DNA of 64,000 nt from Spirochaetia bacterium (GCA_963677595.1 OY782041.1:800001-864000), one strand, 5' to 3'. Positions 28,584-39,021 are shown, counted from the first letter of the stretch. Numbers and translations are program-made. Notes: generated by a model not told the origin, from the letters alone.

Positions 28584-29168
28584 CTAGAAGATAGCGAACA
28601 TCGCAGAGACGCCTGCCTTGATCTCAGGGTTCGTGAATAACAGCGCCGGATCGATATCTGCGATATCGGTCAGGCTGTAGCCTGTTGCCATCAGGCCGCT
28701 GATGCCGATGGAGAAGTCTCCCAGCTCCAAGTCAGCAGTCCCCCTGAGGTTCAGTCCCCACTCCATGGGATCCGGTCCGAGGTCGGTCCCGACCTCTTCC
28801 CCGATGTTCACGGTGAAGTTCGGTCCGGCTGAAATACCAAGCCTGAGGATGTTGAACAGTGACAGCGAAAGTCCCGCATTGGCATAGACATCGAGTGCCA
28901 GCTCCTCATCGATTCCCGGGGGAGTGACCAATGCCAGTGCATTGACCTCGATGACGGACAGGTTCATCCGTATGTCAGCCCCGAAGGTGTAGCTGGATGG
29001 GTCCTTCAGCATCTCAGGATTTATTCCCATATTCTCAGCTTCCAGGTCCAGTGTGGTGTTCAGCAGTGCTGCAGGTCCCACACGAAGACCGATCAGATCA
29101 ATAGCGAATATTGATGCTGGGACAAGCATCAACAGCGCCATCATGACGATTACCAGTTTTTTAGCCAT
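28584..29168 (-). CDS. Small secreted beta-barrel outer membrane protein, paralog 1
   Basis: Signal peptide ending SIFA; alternating beta-strands (FGADIRMNL, GLNLRGTADLEL); C-terminal F. Confidence 0.7.
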   Translation of the reverse strand: MAKKLVIVMMALLMLVPASIFAIDLIGLRVGPAALLNTTLDLEAENMGINPEMLKDPSSYTFGADIRMNLSVIEVNALALVTPPGIDEELALDVYANAGLSLSLFNILRLGISAGPNFTVNIGEEVGTDLGPDPMEWGLNLRGTADLELGDFSIGISGLMATGYSLTDIADIDPALLFTNPEIKAGVSAMFAIF

Positions 29169-29291
29169 AATAAGCCCCCTCATTTCCAACTCTTTGGTTA
29201 CTCATAATAACGTTCCATATATATAATCCAATCTGGGCTGGGAAAGTTACACATCTTCAGAATTACGGCAGGTCAGCTTGGCCTCAGGCCG

Positions 29292-29321
29292 AAAAAAAGG
29301 CACATCCGAAGATGTGTCTTT
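29292..29321 (-). terminator. Intrinsic terminator of OMP paralog 2
   Basis: AGACACAUC-UUCG-GAUGUGCCU followed by a U-run. Confidence 0.75.
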
Positions 29322-29341
29322 CTCTCATGCAGGTATGCTGC

Positions 29342-29887
29342 CTAGAGCTGGAAGAGTGCGGAGACACCGACGATACCGCCGATATCATTCTCGTCAACGA
29401 CTGCTTCAGGATCATCAGTATATCCCATGACATAGCTGCTGAGGATGAACGGCCCGAGGATCAGGTCAGCATTGACCTTTGCATTGTATGCCAAGATAAC
29501 ACCATCTGTAAAATCAGTCAAATAGTTCGCTCCGACTCCAGCACCAAGACCGATGATCCCGAGATCCAGGTAGAGGCCTGCATCAGCCATGCCCATTAGG
29601 ACTCCCAGGTCACTATCATAGAATGCAAGATTACTGATCTGGAACAGGCTGAAATCGAGTCTCAGTTCAGCCCCATACATCAGGTCTTCAGCGGTGATCT
29701 GTTCAGCGATCAGATCAGCATTGTCTATAATATCACCAAGGGAAACAGGTACCAGATCATTATACTCATCATATTGCATTGGCATAAGCATTGCGGTAGC
29801 ACCGATCGACAGTCCGTCCCCTGCGAAGACTGCAGCAGGGATAGCCAGCATCACAGCTATCATGATAATTACTATTCTCTTCTTCAT
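29342..29887 (-). CDS. Small secreted beta-barrel outer membrane protein, paralog 2
   Basis: Signal ending AVFA-GDG; YGAELRLDF, YNAKVNADLIL, GVSALFQL. Confidence 0.72.
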   Translation of the reverse strand: MKKRIVIIMIAVMLAIPAAVFAGDGLSIGATAMLMPMQYDEYNDLVPVSLGDIIDNADLIAEQITAEDLMYGAELRLDFSLFQISNLAFYDSDLGVLMGMADAGLYLDLGIIGLGAGVGANYLTDFTDGVILAYNAKVNADLILGPFILSSYVMGYTDDPEAVVDENDIGGIVGVSALFQL

Positions 29888-30130
29888 TTTCTTCCTCCCA
29901 AACTATTTACTCATTTTTTCTTAGTAACTTTCTCTCAAAGGTTATACAACGATACAGACAAAACGTTACAAAATTGTATGCATGATTTGATGAAAGTTAC
30001 ATTGCTCATTGATACCTATTATACATATGCTTTTGAATATAGCAAGAAAATATTCAGATGCCGAGTATTTCAGTAAGGAAATTCATGCAGTACCGATAGG
30101 AATCAGTCAAGTTCCCATCAATAACGACAA

Positions 30131-30174
30131 AGGAGCTGCTGCGGAAAGGTATGTGCCTTTCCGCAGCAGCTCCT
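30131..30174. terminator. 19-bp perfect hairpin downstream of OMP paralog 3
   Basis: AGGAGCTGCTGCGGAAAGG-tatgtg-CCTTTCCGCAGCAGCTCCT. Confidence 0.75.
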
Positions 30175-30198
30175 CATTCACCAGGTATGATCCCTATC

Positions 30199-30798
30199 CT
30201 ACAGCTGGAAGAGGACCGACACCCCTGCCCTACCCGTCATATTCCCCAGGTCGGGATTGTCTATAAATTTCTTAATATCCTTGGTATAGCCCATGAAGTA
30301 GGCACTGAAGACAGTCTCCCCCAAGATGATATCAGCTTCGGCTTTCACGTTATAGCCCCACCGGTAAGCCTCTACATCCTCATGATGCCCTTTGTCATTA
30401 ATAACGATCAGGTATTTCGGCCCTGCTCCGAGCCCAAGCCCGACAAGTCCGAGGTCCGCATAGAGCCCGACATTCGCAGATGCCTCGATGGAAGGCCCTA
30501 TATCCAAAGCTTCAATCACTATGTTCCCATACTGGTCATACACATCAATGATCGTCTTTGGTAGATAGATCCCGTTCACACTCGCCTGAAGAATACCGAA
30601 ATCGATCCTGGCCTCTGCTCCGAGTGTGAAGTCTTTTGGATCCGGTTTGATTGTATCGATCTTATCTATCAGTTCATTGAACGTCATCGGGGCATTATAG
30701 AGAGCCGTAGGGCCCACCCAGATGCCGTCGCCGGCGAATACCGCAAATGAAACCAGCAGCATGCATACTGCCAGTACTGTGATCCTGATCTTGTTCAT
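30199..30798 (-). CDS. Small secreted beta-barrel outer membrane protein, paralog 3
   Basis: Signal ending AVFA-GDG; LGAEARIDF, GYNVKAEADIIL, GVSVLFQL. Confidence 0.72.
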   Translation of the reverse strand: MNKIRITVLAVCMLLVSFAVFAGDGIWVGPTALYNAPMTFNELIDKIDTIKPDPKDFTLGAEARIDFGILQASVNGIYLPKTIIDVYDQYGNIVIEALDIGPSIEASANVGLYADLGLVGLGLGAGPKYLIVINDKGHHEDVEAYRWGYNVKAEADIILGETVFSAYFMGYTKDIKKFIDNPDLGNMTGRAGVSVLFQL

Positions 30799-30944
30799 AA
30801 CTCATTCCTCCATCCGGTATGCTGCCTAAGCGACAACATACTCCCTATAAAAAATACTCATTCCCTCTTGTCCATTAGACAACCGAACCGGGGTTCATGT
30901 TACAAAATAGTGTATCTTCTGTCGTCTTCCGGTATAATACAGCT

Positions 30945-32009
30945 ATGACACGAAGACTCAGTCTTATTGCAGGGATGGTGATGATCATGGGCTTCAGCCT
31001 CATCTCAACAGGATGCTATATCCTCTCACAGAGCGGCACCTACCTCTCAGACCGTATGCAGGCGCGTCCTGTAGAGAAGGTACTGGCTGATGAAGCAGTA
31101 TCAGAAGAGACGAGAGAGTTCCTCAATACTGTGGGGGATATCATCTCGTTTGCCGTCAACGACCTCGGCCTGCAGGAATCGAAGAACTACACGAAGTATA
31201 CCGAGCTCGATCGGGAGCATCTCGCCTATATTGTCTACGCCTCCGATGAACTTGCTTTCAACCAGTACATGTGGGATTACCCCTTCCTCGGAAAGCTTCC
31301 CTACCAGGGCTACTTCAGCCTGGAATCGGCACGGAAGACTGAAGGGAAGCTGCAGGAGGAAGGGTATGACACCTTCGTCAGCATCGTCGATGGCTTCAGC
31401 TCCCTCGGCTTCTTCACCGACCCGCTCTATTCATTCATGAAGGAGTATTCCCTCTACCGGCTGGCAAACCTCATCATCCATGAACAGACCCATGCCACCA
31501 TCTGGGTGAAGAAGGATGTCGCGTTCAATGAACGGCTGGCTTCCTTCGTCGGGGATACCGGGGCCAAGCTCTATATAGAGAAGCGCTTCGGGAAGTCCTC
31601 TCCTGAGTATGAGGAGATCTTCAGCAGGGAGGCGGACCGGGAACGCTTCCTATCGAAGATGGGGGAACTGAGAGGCGAGCTGGAAACGGTATACACAGAT
31701 ACCTCCCTGACTGAGGAAGCCAAACGGGAGAAAAAGGGGGATGTGATCACCCTCTTCCAAGAGGATCTCAGATCAAGGTATGATGAGGAGTTCAAGACCG
31801 ATGCATACCGCTCCATACCTGATATGACGCTGAACAACGCATACATCGGGCTCTACCATGTCTACTATGGGGATGATACGGTCTTCAAGGACCTGCTCAG
31901 CCACTTCGGCAATGACCTCGGCCGGTTCATCACGGCCCTGAAGCCGCTGGACCGGACGAAGGATGATCCCTACAAGGTCATCGGTTCGATAACCGAGGGT
32001 CCCTTCTGA
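30945..32009 (+). CDS. Putative zinc aminopeptidase lipoprotein
   Basis: Lipobox ISTGC; WDYPFLGKLPYQGYF, SSLGFFTDP, IIHEQTH, FNERLASF. Confidence 0.85.
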   Translation: MTRRLSLIAGMVMIMGFSLISTGCYILSQSGTYLSDRMQARPVEKVLADEAVSEETREFLNTVGDIISFAVNDLGLQESKNYTKYTELDREHLAYIVYASDELAFNQYMWDYPFLGKLPYQGYFSLESARKTEGKLQEEGYDTFVSIVDGFSSLGFFTDPLYSFMKEYSLYRLANLIIHEQTHATIWVKKDVAFNERLASFVGDTGAKLYIEKRFGKSSPEYEEIFSREADRERFLSKMGELRGELETVYTDTSLTEEAKREKKGDVITLFQEDLRSRYDEEFKTDAYRSIPDMTLNNAYIGLYHVYYGDDTVFKDLLSHFGNDLGRFITALKPLDRTKDDPYKVIGSITEGPF

Positions 32010-33162
32010 GCAAAGCGGTAGCCTCGAGATGGGTAGTCTGCGGGTAGAAGTCGTAGCCGTGGAACAGCCTGAGGGAATACCCCCGCTTCGTGATCGTCTT
32101 CAGGTCCCTGGCCAGGGTCACGGGATTACAGGAGACATAGAGCAGCCATTCCGCACCCCAGGAGAGCATGAGATCGATCACACTGCCAGGCAGCCCGGTT
32201 CTCGGGGGATCAACGACTAGCAGGTCCAGGCCAAGGCCGCCCCGGCCTTGTACCCAGTTCTCGACTGAATCGGTATGGAACGTCGTCTTCGTAAGGTTCC
32301 GCTGTGCGAACTGGAGGCATCGTTCCTCCCGTTCCACTGCTATGACCTCACGGTACTGGTCCTCGAGGAATGCGGCGAAGGTCCCTACCCCGCTGAACAG
32401 ATCCAAGGCCCTCGCACCCCAGAGATGGGGAAGGATATCACCGAGGAGCTTCTCGAACATGACCTTGTTGGACTGGAAGAAGACGATCCCGTCCAGGGCA
32501 AAGGAGTGCGACTTGCAGTCGGGAGGGGAGATCGTCTGGATGACCTGGTCCTGCTCCACGGCAGCACCATCATCCCCAACGACGCTGTGGATCTCACGAT
32601 CCGGCAGGTCGGCCTTCCTGACCCAGTTCTTCCAGCCGAAGTCCAGGATCTCAGCCAGCCTGGGATCAAGGATCGGACAGAACTCCAGACCCACCACATC
32701 GTTCGAGTTTTTCCCGAGGAAGCCCATCCTGCCGTTCTGGAAATCGAGATGGAACTTGGCACGGGTCCGGTACTCCCACATCGGGCCTCCGGTGAGCGTG
32801 AACCTGCTGCCGAACTCGTCGAGATCGATCCCGCCGATCCGTTTCATGGTATCGAAGAGAATCTGGCGCTTTATCTCAAGCTGGCTCTCCTGCCTGATAT
32901 GCTGGAGGTTGCATCCCCCGCAGAGGTAGAAGTAGGGGCATTTCGGTTCTGCCCGCAGGGGAGACTCGGTGATGACCTGGTCGATCTCTGCGCGGGCAAA
33001 ATCCTTCTGGTTCCTGGTAAGGCGGATCTTCACCTCCTCCCCGGGCAAGCCCCCGGGGACGAAGAGCACCCGCCCGTCCGGCAGGCGGGCCAGGCCGTCG
33101 CCGCCTGATACTACCTTCTCGATGTGAACTTTCAGTTTCTTTCCCACGTCATATATACCCAT
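31978..33162 (-). CDS. RlmD/TrmA-family RNA m5U methyltransferase
   Basis: TRAM domain, CPYFYLCGGC, FFQSN, DLFSGVG, DPPRTG, YVSCNP, FYPQTTHLE. Confidence 0.92.
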   Translation of the reverse strand: MGIYDVGKKLKVHIEKVVSGGDGLARLPDGRVLFVPGGLPGEEVKIRLTRNQKDFARAEIDQVITESPLRAEPKCPYFYLCGGCNLQHIRQESQLEIKRQILFDTMKRIGGIDLDEFGSRFTLTGGPMWEYRTRAKFHLDFQNGRMGFLGKNSNDVVGLEFCPILDPRLAEILDFGWKNWVRKADLPDREIHSVVGDDGAAVEQDQVIQTISPPDCKSHSFALDGIVFFQSNKVMFEKLLGDILPHLWGARALDLFSGVGTFAAFLEDQYREVIAVEREERCLQFAQRNLTKTTFHTDSVENWVQGRGGLGLDLLVVDPPRTGLPGSVIDLMLSWGAEWLLYVSCNPVTLARDLKTITKRGYSLRLFHGYDFYPQTTHLEATALLRRDPRLSNR

Positions 33163-33265
33163 ATCGTGAATCCCTGTTATTCCCCTCTCGTCCAGCCTTG
33201 CCTGGAGTCGACTATCATCAACCCGGGCAAGTATATATGACTTCTTGAACTTTTACTACCGTAGT

Positions 33266-34447
33266 TCAAAGCAGTTTGACTTTGACCAGATACCCAAATC
33301 CGATCCCGATATAATTACCCAGCACCCATCCCGCGATCCCTGCGACCATCCCCGCCATGATCACCGACCGGTTCCGCAAGGAAGCGGCGACTACCGGCAC
33401 GAAGGGGGGAGAGAAGATGAGAGAAGTGGCCGTGATCAGCTGGGTGTCCCCATCGACACGAAGGATCTTCGAGAAGATCACATGGAGGATGAAGGTGAGC
33501 ACGATCAGCACCGCGACATACGCCATCATCACCGGTGCCGTCTCTGAGAGCTCCCGTATATTAGCCATAGAGCTCACCACCAGCGAGAAGACCAGCAGGA
33601 AGTAGTACCCGAGCTGGAAGGTGAAAGCCGTCTCCTTCAGGTGCCTGTTGAATGACCCGATCACCCCGAGGGTGGTGATCACGATGATGGCAACCACCGG
33701 TCCGATCCAGTCCGGCACGAAGAGGCTCAACCCTCCACCGATGGCGAAGATGACCAGGGAGAAGAGGAACGCCCGTACCAGCGGCGGGATGTTCTGCCGG
33801 TTGAAGCCGGAGAAATAGGGGGTGAACTCCTTCTGCCCATAGACTGCATTCGGATCATGCTCTTTCCGCCTCCCGGTCTCGAGCGACCCGGCACTGACGG
33901 GGAGTATGATCCTGAGCAGCTTCGGCAGCACGGAGATCATGAGGAGGAAGAGCACCCCGCAGACGACCACATCGGAGGCATGCACCGCGATATAGGTCGT
34001 GGTATCGACCGAAAGGGCCGTACCGATCGCCGCCATGTTCGGAGTCCCCCCGGTATAGCAGCCAACGAGCATGCCGGCGACCTTCCAGGCATCGGGACCA
34101 ATACGGTCCGAGAAGATCAAGAAGGTGACAAGCGAGCTGATGACCACGGCGGCCAGGGCCCCGAGGAAGGCCCTGATCACCAGCGATGACTGGTTCCTCC
34201 AGTTCGCTATATGCATGGAGAAGAAGATGAGCGGCAAAGCTATGGGTACTGTCAGGGTGGACATATAATCCTGGATCGTCAGGATGTTCTCAGGGAACAC
34301 CCCGATGTTCCCCAGTACCAGACCGATAGCATAGCAGATGACGACTCCCCCGATCGCATCGAGGACCGAGGACTTCGAACAGGCATAGAGGACACCGATG
34401 GGGATGACCATGAACACCACAACCCAGATGATCGTAACTCCAGTCAT
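33266..34447 (-). CDS. DUF819-family membrane protein (putative transporter)
   Basis: About 11-12 TMs, GCYTGGTPNMAAI, GWVLGNYIG. Confidence 0.78.
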   Translation of the reverse strand: MTGVTIIWVVVFMVIPIGVLYACSKSSVLDAIGGVVICYAIGLVLGNIGVFPENILTIQDYMSTLTVPIALPLIFFSMHIANWRNQSSLVIRAFLGALAAVVISSLVTFLIFSDRIGPDAWKVAGMLVGCYTGGTPNMAAIGTALSVDTTTYIAVHASDVVVCGVLFLLMISVLPKLLRIILPVSAGSLETGRRKEHDPNAVYGQKEFTPYFSGFNRQNIPPLVRAFLFSLVIFAIGGGLSLFVPDWIGPVVAIIVITTLGVIGSFNRHLKETAFTFQLGYYFLLVFSLVVSSMANIRELSETAPVMMAYVAVLIVLTFILHVIFSKILRVDGDTQLITATSLIFSPPFVPVVAASLRNRSVIMAGMVAGIAGWVLGNYIGIGFGYLVKVKLL

Positions 34448-34459
34448 GGGAACCTGCCT

Positions 34460-36250
34460 CTATCTCAGTTCAGCATCTGCGAGTCTGCAGAACTCATCGA
34501 CGTATCCCTCAAGGATCGTGATCCCTGACCTCCAGAACTCCTCACTCTCGATGTCGAAGCCGGCCGAAGCGGTAACGGTCTCCGACGATTCCTGGCCCGT
34601 GAGCTGGAGCATCTGCACATACTGCTCACAGAAGGGGGCTCCCTTCTGCTGGTACTGCGCATAGAGCGCCATCCCGAAGAGCTGGCCGAACGCATAGGGG
34701 TAGTTGTAGAAGGCAAGGTCCGTGCTGTAGTAGTGGCCCTTCACGGCCCACATGTAGGGGTGCAGTTCCTCTTCATCCAGGGCATCCCCGTAAGTCCGCT
34801 TCTGGGCAGAGGTCATCATGGAGCAGAGCTCTTCCGGCGCTACCTCCTTCCCGGCCCTCCGGGCGAAGAGGTCGGTCTCGAAGTAGTACCTGCTCAGGAT
34901 ATCGACGACCGGTTGTGCGGCCTCCGCCAGGTACGACTCGATCATCGACAGCCTCTCCCCATCTGCAGCCTGCTTCAGGGCGCCCTGGAAGATGACGGTC
35001 TCGGAGAAGATCGATGCCGTCTCAGCCAGGGTCATCGGGTAGTCGCGGAGCATAGCCGGCTTCCCGTTGAGGACATGGCTGTGGAAGGCATGCCCGAGCT
35101 CATGTGCGACCGTGGAGACGCTTGAGAAGGAACCGTCGAAGTTACAGAGGACCCGGCTCTCCCCGACAAGCGGGAACCCGATACAGTAGGCTCCCCCGAC
35201 CTTGCCGTCATCGGGCTGGGCATCGATCCACTGCTTCTCGAACGCCTCGCTCGCGAACGCTCCCATCGGGGGATAGAACTCGCCGAACTGCCTGATGATG
35301 AAATCCCTCGCCTCGCTGAACTCCCAGGACCTCTCGTCCGATCGGATCGGGGCGAAGATGTCGTAGAAGGAGAGCTTCCCCAGGCCGAGGAGCTCAGCCT
35401 TCTTCCTGAAGTACCTCCTCAACAGCGGCTGGGCCTCCTCGAGTACGGAGATGAGGCTCCCCAGGGTCTTCATGGTGATCCTCGAGAGCTGTGCGGAATG
35501 CGCGACATTCGAGGGATACCCTCTCCGTGTATCGAGAGCGACCGTCGCCCCCTTCACGCCGTTGATCGCGTAGCTTAGCGGGATCTCATGAGCCTTCCAG
35601 GTCTCCAGCTCCTTCCTGAACGCCTTCTGTCGTATCTCCCGGTCTGGGTGGAATGCCAGGGCACGCAGCTCGATGACACTCTTGCGTTCCCCGGTCTCCT
35701 CATCCCAAAGGGCCGATGCGGTCGAGGAGACGGCCTCCTGGAGTCGGCCCCAGGCATCGCCCCCGCAGCGCTGGAGCTCGGAAGCGAGCGCCTCGAGCTC
35801 AGGAGCCATCTGGCGGGCAGATTCCTCTGCCAGGCGGCTGATCGTATAGGCATAGTGGGAGAACTCCCCATCACTGCCGCAGAGGGCGGTGAGTTCACCA
35901 GCCCTACTGCCCACGGCATTCTTGAAGGCGACACCGGCTGCCTTCACCTGCATGGAGATCGACTCGATCTCATGGAGGGTCTCCTGAGCCTGGGTATCCC
36001 TCGTGTTCACGGAAAAGCGGGTATAGGCATAGGACTCCAGGTTCTCATAGAGATCTGACATCATGTTCACATGGCTGATGGTATCCTTGAACCAGTAGGG
36101 CAAGTCAATCGCCTCAACGGAAGGGAGTTCCTCCGCCTGGATGATCACGGCCTCGCAGGTCTTGTAGAGGAGGTTCTTGTTATCCTGGAACGCATCGCTT
36201 TCCGGGCCTGTATAGATTGTGTCCAATGTCCATCGTGGAAGAGTCGGCAT
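34460..36250 (-). CDS. M3-family oligoendopeptidase (PepF-like)
   Basis: PRWTL..IY, GKVGGAYC, AHELGHAFH, AETAS, FYNYPYAFG. Confidence 0.93.
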   Translation of the reverse strand: MPTLPRWTLDTIYTGPESDAFQDNKNLLYKTCEAVIIQAEELPSVEAIDLPYWFKDTISHVNMMSDLYENLESYAYTRFSVNTRDTQAQETLHEIESISMQVKAAGVAFKNAVGSRAGELTALCGSDGEFSHYAYTISRLAEESARQMAPELEALASELQRCGGDAWGRLQEAVSSTASALWDEETGERKSVIELRALAFHPDREIRQKAFRKELETWKAHEIPLSYAINGVKGATVALDTRRGYPSNVAHSAQLSRITMKTLGSLISVLEEAQPLLRRYFRKKAELLGLGKLSFYDIFAPIRSDERSWEFSEARDFIIRQFGEFYPPMGAFASEAFEKQWIDAQPDDGKVGGAYCIGFPLVGESRVLCNFDGSFSSVSTVAHELGHAFHSHVLNGKPAMLRDYPMTLAETASIFSETVIFQGALKQAADGERLSMIESYLAEAAQPVVDILSRYYFETDLFARRAGKEVAPEELCSMMTSAQKRTYGDALDEEELHPYMWAVKGHYYSTDLAFYNYPYAFGQLFGMALYAQYQQKGAPFCEQYVQMLQLTGQESSETVTASAGFDIESEEFWRSGITILEGYVDEFCRLADAELR

Positions 36251-36344
36251 GAAAGCTCCTTTATGTACGGGTTATGCAGGAACACAGATATCCTGCTCAT
36301 CCCATTATCATAGGAGAGTCCGACTGCGTCAAGGTGTCACGTTT

Positions 36345-37718
36345 CTAGATGTCTTCCCCGTATTCGGCGATCTTGTTGATCAAGGTCCTCCGGGAGATCC
36401 CCAGCTCCTCGGCAGCGTGGGTACGGTTGCCTTCCCACCGGTGCAGGGCCTTGATGATCGCCCGCATCTCGATATCCTTGAGGGTCTGGGGTTCATCGGT
36501 CTCGATGGGGGAATCTATGATACCCTGCGTATCACGTTCCGGCATCTCATGGAGCACCACCCCGCGGAGCTCGAGGTCCGCCGAACAGATCTCGTCTGTT
36601 TCAGCGAAGATCACTGCGCGTTCGAGGATGTTCTCGAGCTCCCGGACGTTCCCGGGATACTGGTAGGCTTTCAATGCATCGAAGGCATCTTCCGAGACGC
36701 CGATGATCGAGACTCCCATCTCGCGGTTGAGCTTGGCTATGATCTTCGCCGTGAGCACCGTGATATCCTCGAGCCGTTCCCTTAAGGGGGGTATCTCGAT
36801 CCTGACGACGTTCAGCCGGTAGAAGAGGTCCTCCCGGAAGGCTCCCTCCCGTACCTGGTCCTCGATCTGCCTGTTGGTCGCCGCTATGATCCGCACGTCG
36901 ATCGGCAGCGGAGAGGTTCCGCCGAGGCGGGTGATCTTACGGTCCTGCAGGACCCGCAGGAGCTTAACCTGGAGGGCAAGCGGCATGTCACCGATCTCAT
37001 CGAGGAAGAGGGTCCCGCCGGAGGCCACCTCGAAGAGTCCGATCTTCCGCTGGACGGCACCGGTGAAGGCACCCTTCTCATAGCCGAAGAGTTCACTCTC
37101 GAGCAGCTGTTCAGGCACCCCCCCGATATTGATCGCCACGAACGGGCCGGAATTCCGCACCGAGGTACGGTGGATCTCGCGGGCCACGACCTCCTTGCCG
37201 GTCCCGCTCTCGCCGGTGATCAGGACGGTAGCAGGAGTCTTCCCGATTCGGCTGATGATCTCCTTGATCCTGACCATCGCTTCCGAGGAACCGATGAGCC
37301 GCTCCCCTTCATCCGCACCCTTCCCGAGCTGTTCGGATTCCACGAGGTTCCGCATCCGCTGGTTCTCGATCAGCTTGGAGAGCCTGATGCTGATCTCCTC
37401 TGGGTCGAAGGGCTTCTCGATATAGTCCTGGGCACCCTCCTTCAAGGCGGTCACCGCATCACGGATCTCCCCATGGGCTGACATCATGATGATCGGCATG
37501 CGGAATCCCTCATCCCTGATCCACCGGATCAGGCTGAGTCCGTCCATGCCCGGCATCCTGAGATCCACGAGACAGGCATCATAGGTCTTCTCCCGCAGCA
37601 TCCGCTGGGCCGAAAGCCCGTTCTCGGCACTGTCGCTCTCCATGCCCTCGAGCTGGAGGTAGGTTCCCATCAGCTTCCTGATATTCTTCTCATCGTCAAC
37701 AATCAGTACATGCATCAC
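36345..37718 (-). CDS. Sigma54-dependent response regulator (NtrC/AtoC family)
   Basis: Receiver domain, GESGTGKE, GAFTGA, FLDEIG, FREDLFYRL, C-terminal HTH. Confidence 0.96.
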   Translation of the reverse strand: MMHVLIVDDEKNIRKLMGTYLQLEGMESDSAENGLSAQRMLREKTYDACLVDLRMPGMDGLSLIRWIRDEGFRMPIIMMSAHGEIRDAVTALKEGAQDYIEKPFDPEEISIRLSKLIENQRMRNLVESEQLGKGADEGERLIGSSEAMVRIKEIISRIGKTPATVLITGESGTGKEVVAREIHRTSVRNSGPFVAINIGGVPEQLLESELFGYEKGAFTGAVQRKIGLFEVASGGTLFLDEIGDMPLALQVKLLRVLQDRKITRLGGTSPLPIDVRIIAATNRQIEDQVREGAFREDLFYRLNVVRIEIPPLRERLEDITVLTAKIIAKLNREMGVSIIGVSEDAFDALKAYQYPGNVRELENILERAVIFAETDEICSADLELRGVVLHEMPERDTQGIIDSPIETDEPQTLKDIEMRAIIKALHRWEGNRTHAAEELGISRRTLINKIAEYGEDI

Positions 37719-38974
37719 ATACTCCTGGGGATCATGACATCCACGACGGTTCCCCCGCCTTCGCGCTTCTGGTAGGCGATCGTCCCGCCGGCGGCCATGA
37801 TGAATCTCCTGGTGATCGCCAGCCCGATACCCGACCCATTTATCTTCGTCGTGAAGAAGGGATCGAACAGCTGTTCCGTCCCTCCCTCAGGGAGTCCTCT
37901 TCCCCGGTCTGCCACCATGATATGGACCTCATGCCGTGAGGTCTTCACCGTGACTGAGACCTCCTCGGCACCCGCCTCGCAGCTCTCGATCCCGTTCTTT
38001 ACGAGGTTCTCGAAGATCGACCTGGCCCGGTCCCGGTCGATCCTGACGGCAGCATCATGATGGCCTTCCTTCGTCAGGGGTATCGATATGGAGAACAAGC
38101 CCGTGATCTCCTCGAGGAACTCCATCAGCTCGATATCCTCGGGATCGCCGACCGGGTTGCGTAGGAAGTCCCCGACCCGGTCAGAGAGGTTCTTCAGCCT
38201 GAGGATCTCGGTATCGATGACATCGAGCCCCTCGTGGTAGTCATCGGGGATCGTCTTCCTCAGGACCGCGGACTGGATGGAGAGGGCACTGAGAGGGTTC
38301 TTGATCTCATGGGCAAGAGTACGGGCAGCCTGCCCCATCCGGACCAGGCTCTCCTGCTGGGCAAGCTTCTGCCGGTACTCCCGGTTGCGCTTGAAGAAAC
38401 GCAGGAGCGAATAGAAGATGAAGATGAGCAGGCCGATGACGACCACAGTCAGGCCGTTCCAGAGCAGCATCTTCTGGCGATAGACTTTTCCGTCGAAGGC
38501 TATATAGAGGTATTCAGCTACCGGGATCTCGATCTGGTCGAAAAGGAACTGTTCGTTATCGGGGATTCGGGAGGCCGTGAAGGTAAGCTTCGCCTTACGG
38601 ACGTACTCAATCAGCCCGGTAGATTTGTCATAATCGGCGAAGTTCCCTTCGGAGAAATCATAGGTTTCTTTGTTCAGGGATGAGGGGACCTCCCCGAGAC
38701 CGGCCATACGGCGGCCGTCCTGGAGGTAGACACCGATTCCCTTGATCTTCGAGTCGCCTGCAAGAATATCTTCTGCCGTCAGGGTGTTCGTCTGCACCCG
38801 AAACAGGTAATCTGCAAGGATCTGCTCCGCATCATACCGCAGCAGTACATCCTCCCGCTCGATCATGGAGGACATCAGAAGCGAAAACAACAATGCTATG
38901 AGGATCAGGAGCACTCCTGACACCACGATCAATGAGATCTCTTCTTTATCCATTCTGGAGAAACGTTTGAACAT
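37715..38974 (-). CDS. Sensor histidine kinase (NtrB-like, 2 TM)
   Basis: AHEIKNPL, ENLVKNG, DRGRG, FDPFFTTK..GSGIGL; ATG 38974 after GAGGAG. Confidence 0.93.
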   Translation of the reverse strand: MFKRFSRMDKEEISLIVVSGVLLILIALLFSLLMSSMIEREDVLLRYDAEQILADYLFRVQTNTLTAEDILAGDSKIKGIGVYLQDGRRMAGLGEVPSSLNKETYDFSEGNFADYDKSTGLIEYVRKAKLTFTASRIPDNEQFLFDQIEIPVAEYLYIAFDGKVYRQKMLLWNGLTVVVIGLLIFIFYSLLRFFKRNREYRQKLAQQESLVRMGQAARTLAHEIKNPLSALSIQSAVLRKTIPDDYHEGLDVIDTEILRLKNLSDRVGDFLRNPVGDPEDIELMEFLEEITGLFSISIPLTKEGHHDAAVRIDRDRARSIFENLVKNGIESCEAGAEEVSVTVKTSRHEVHIMVADRGRGLPEGGTEQLFDPFFTTKINGSGIGLAITRRFIMAAGGTIAYQKREGGGTVVDVMIPRSM

Positions 38975-39005
38975 GCATGCTCCTCTTCCACACCGATAAT
39001 CCCAT

Positions 39006-39021
39006 TGCATGAATCATGCCA
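39006..39021 (-). promoter_or_regulatory. Sigma54 -24/-12 promoter
   Basis: TGGCATG-ATTC-ATGCA with GG-N10-GC spacing, about 32 nt before the kinase start. Confidence 0.7.

Noticed and set aside
31978-32009. 32-nt convergent overlap of the aminopeptidase and RNA methyltransferase genes
   Set aside because: Short tail-to-tail overlaps are common in compact genomes.
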